64,000 bases of DNA, taken from a virus. Its lineage: Duplodnaviria > Caudoviricetes. The stretch covers positions 11,029 through 75,028 of IMG/VR virus record IMGVR_UViG_2706795432_000001; one strand, written 5' to 3'. The stretch's first letter is position 1. Each line of letters starts with the position of its first letter. Below are positions 63,715 through 64,000 of this stretch, piece by piece. The position numbers and the translations under genes were made by a program. The notes under the pieces are model-generated. The model did no database searches, was not told where the DNA came from, and saw only the letters and a list, made by a program, of their open reading frames with translations.

Positions 63715-64000
63715 AGGAATGGCTCCTCACAACGCAGGCGTTGTTCGTCGATAACCGTTGGGTAATTGATCAGTGCTTGAAGAGTGCAGGATCAGACGCA
63801 GGAAGAGAGGAGGATCCTCTGAAGGGCGAGGGGCAGTTTGGGCCGGGAACATCTATTATCTATAGATACACTTCACCCTGGCTTGCCCCCTTGGCCCCGG
63901 CGGAGCCTGCTACGGAGGTAGAATTTCAAACACCCCCTGTCAAGATCTGTATTTTTGCACAGGAGGTGTGTATTTCTGAACAGTGATAGAGATGTCACAG

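Noticed and set aside
63899-63921. GGC-GGA-GCC and CTAC-GGAG-GTAG as classic N4-type promoters
   Set aside because: Stems are only 3-4 bp, +1 is not C at the N4 spacing, and they do not match this phage's four-copy consensus
1-64000. CRISPR array, diversity-generating retroelement, integrase, introns or inteins
   Set aside because: No regularly spaced repeats, reverse transcriptase or recombinase seen; polymerase, RNR and helicase genes are continuous and of normal length

Overview
Most of an N4-like (Schitoviridae) podophage genome, shown in reverse orientation relative to coliphage N4. The class II RNR, thioredoxin, ThyX, dCTP deaminase and bL12-like gene suggest a marine roseophage-type phage; that host assignment is inference. 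Positions 1-22.4 kb (+) hold the late virion module: portal C-terminus, gp58/57-like, major capsid, gp55-51-like and the 3555-aa virion RNA polymerase. Positions 22.6-63 kb (-) hold the middle and early modules: SSB, primase, DNA polymerase A, helicase, NrdJ, rIIA/B, a low-GC tail-fibre cassette, tRNA-Pro and tRNA-Ile, nucleotide metabolism genes, gp24/25, split RNAP1/RNAP2, NADAR and gp2. The most striking signal is four intergenic copies of a template-strand hairpin, C-N4-[S-GA-S-C]-AAC-[G-S-GA-S] (S = G or C), upstream of early genes. It has N4 vRNAP promoter geometry but a different loop (AAC), tandem G.A mismatches in the stem and compensatory changes at two pairs. Other leads are several RBS-occluding hairpins, two multi-hairpin candidate ncRNAs, a tRNA-Ile with C33, and candidate anti-defence genes (NADAR, SLOG, macro-like, Acb2/Tad1-like sponge next to a phosphoesterase). 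All annotation is by eye and motif recall; no searches or folding were run.
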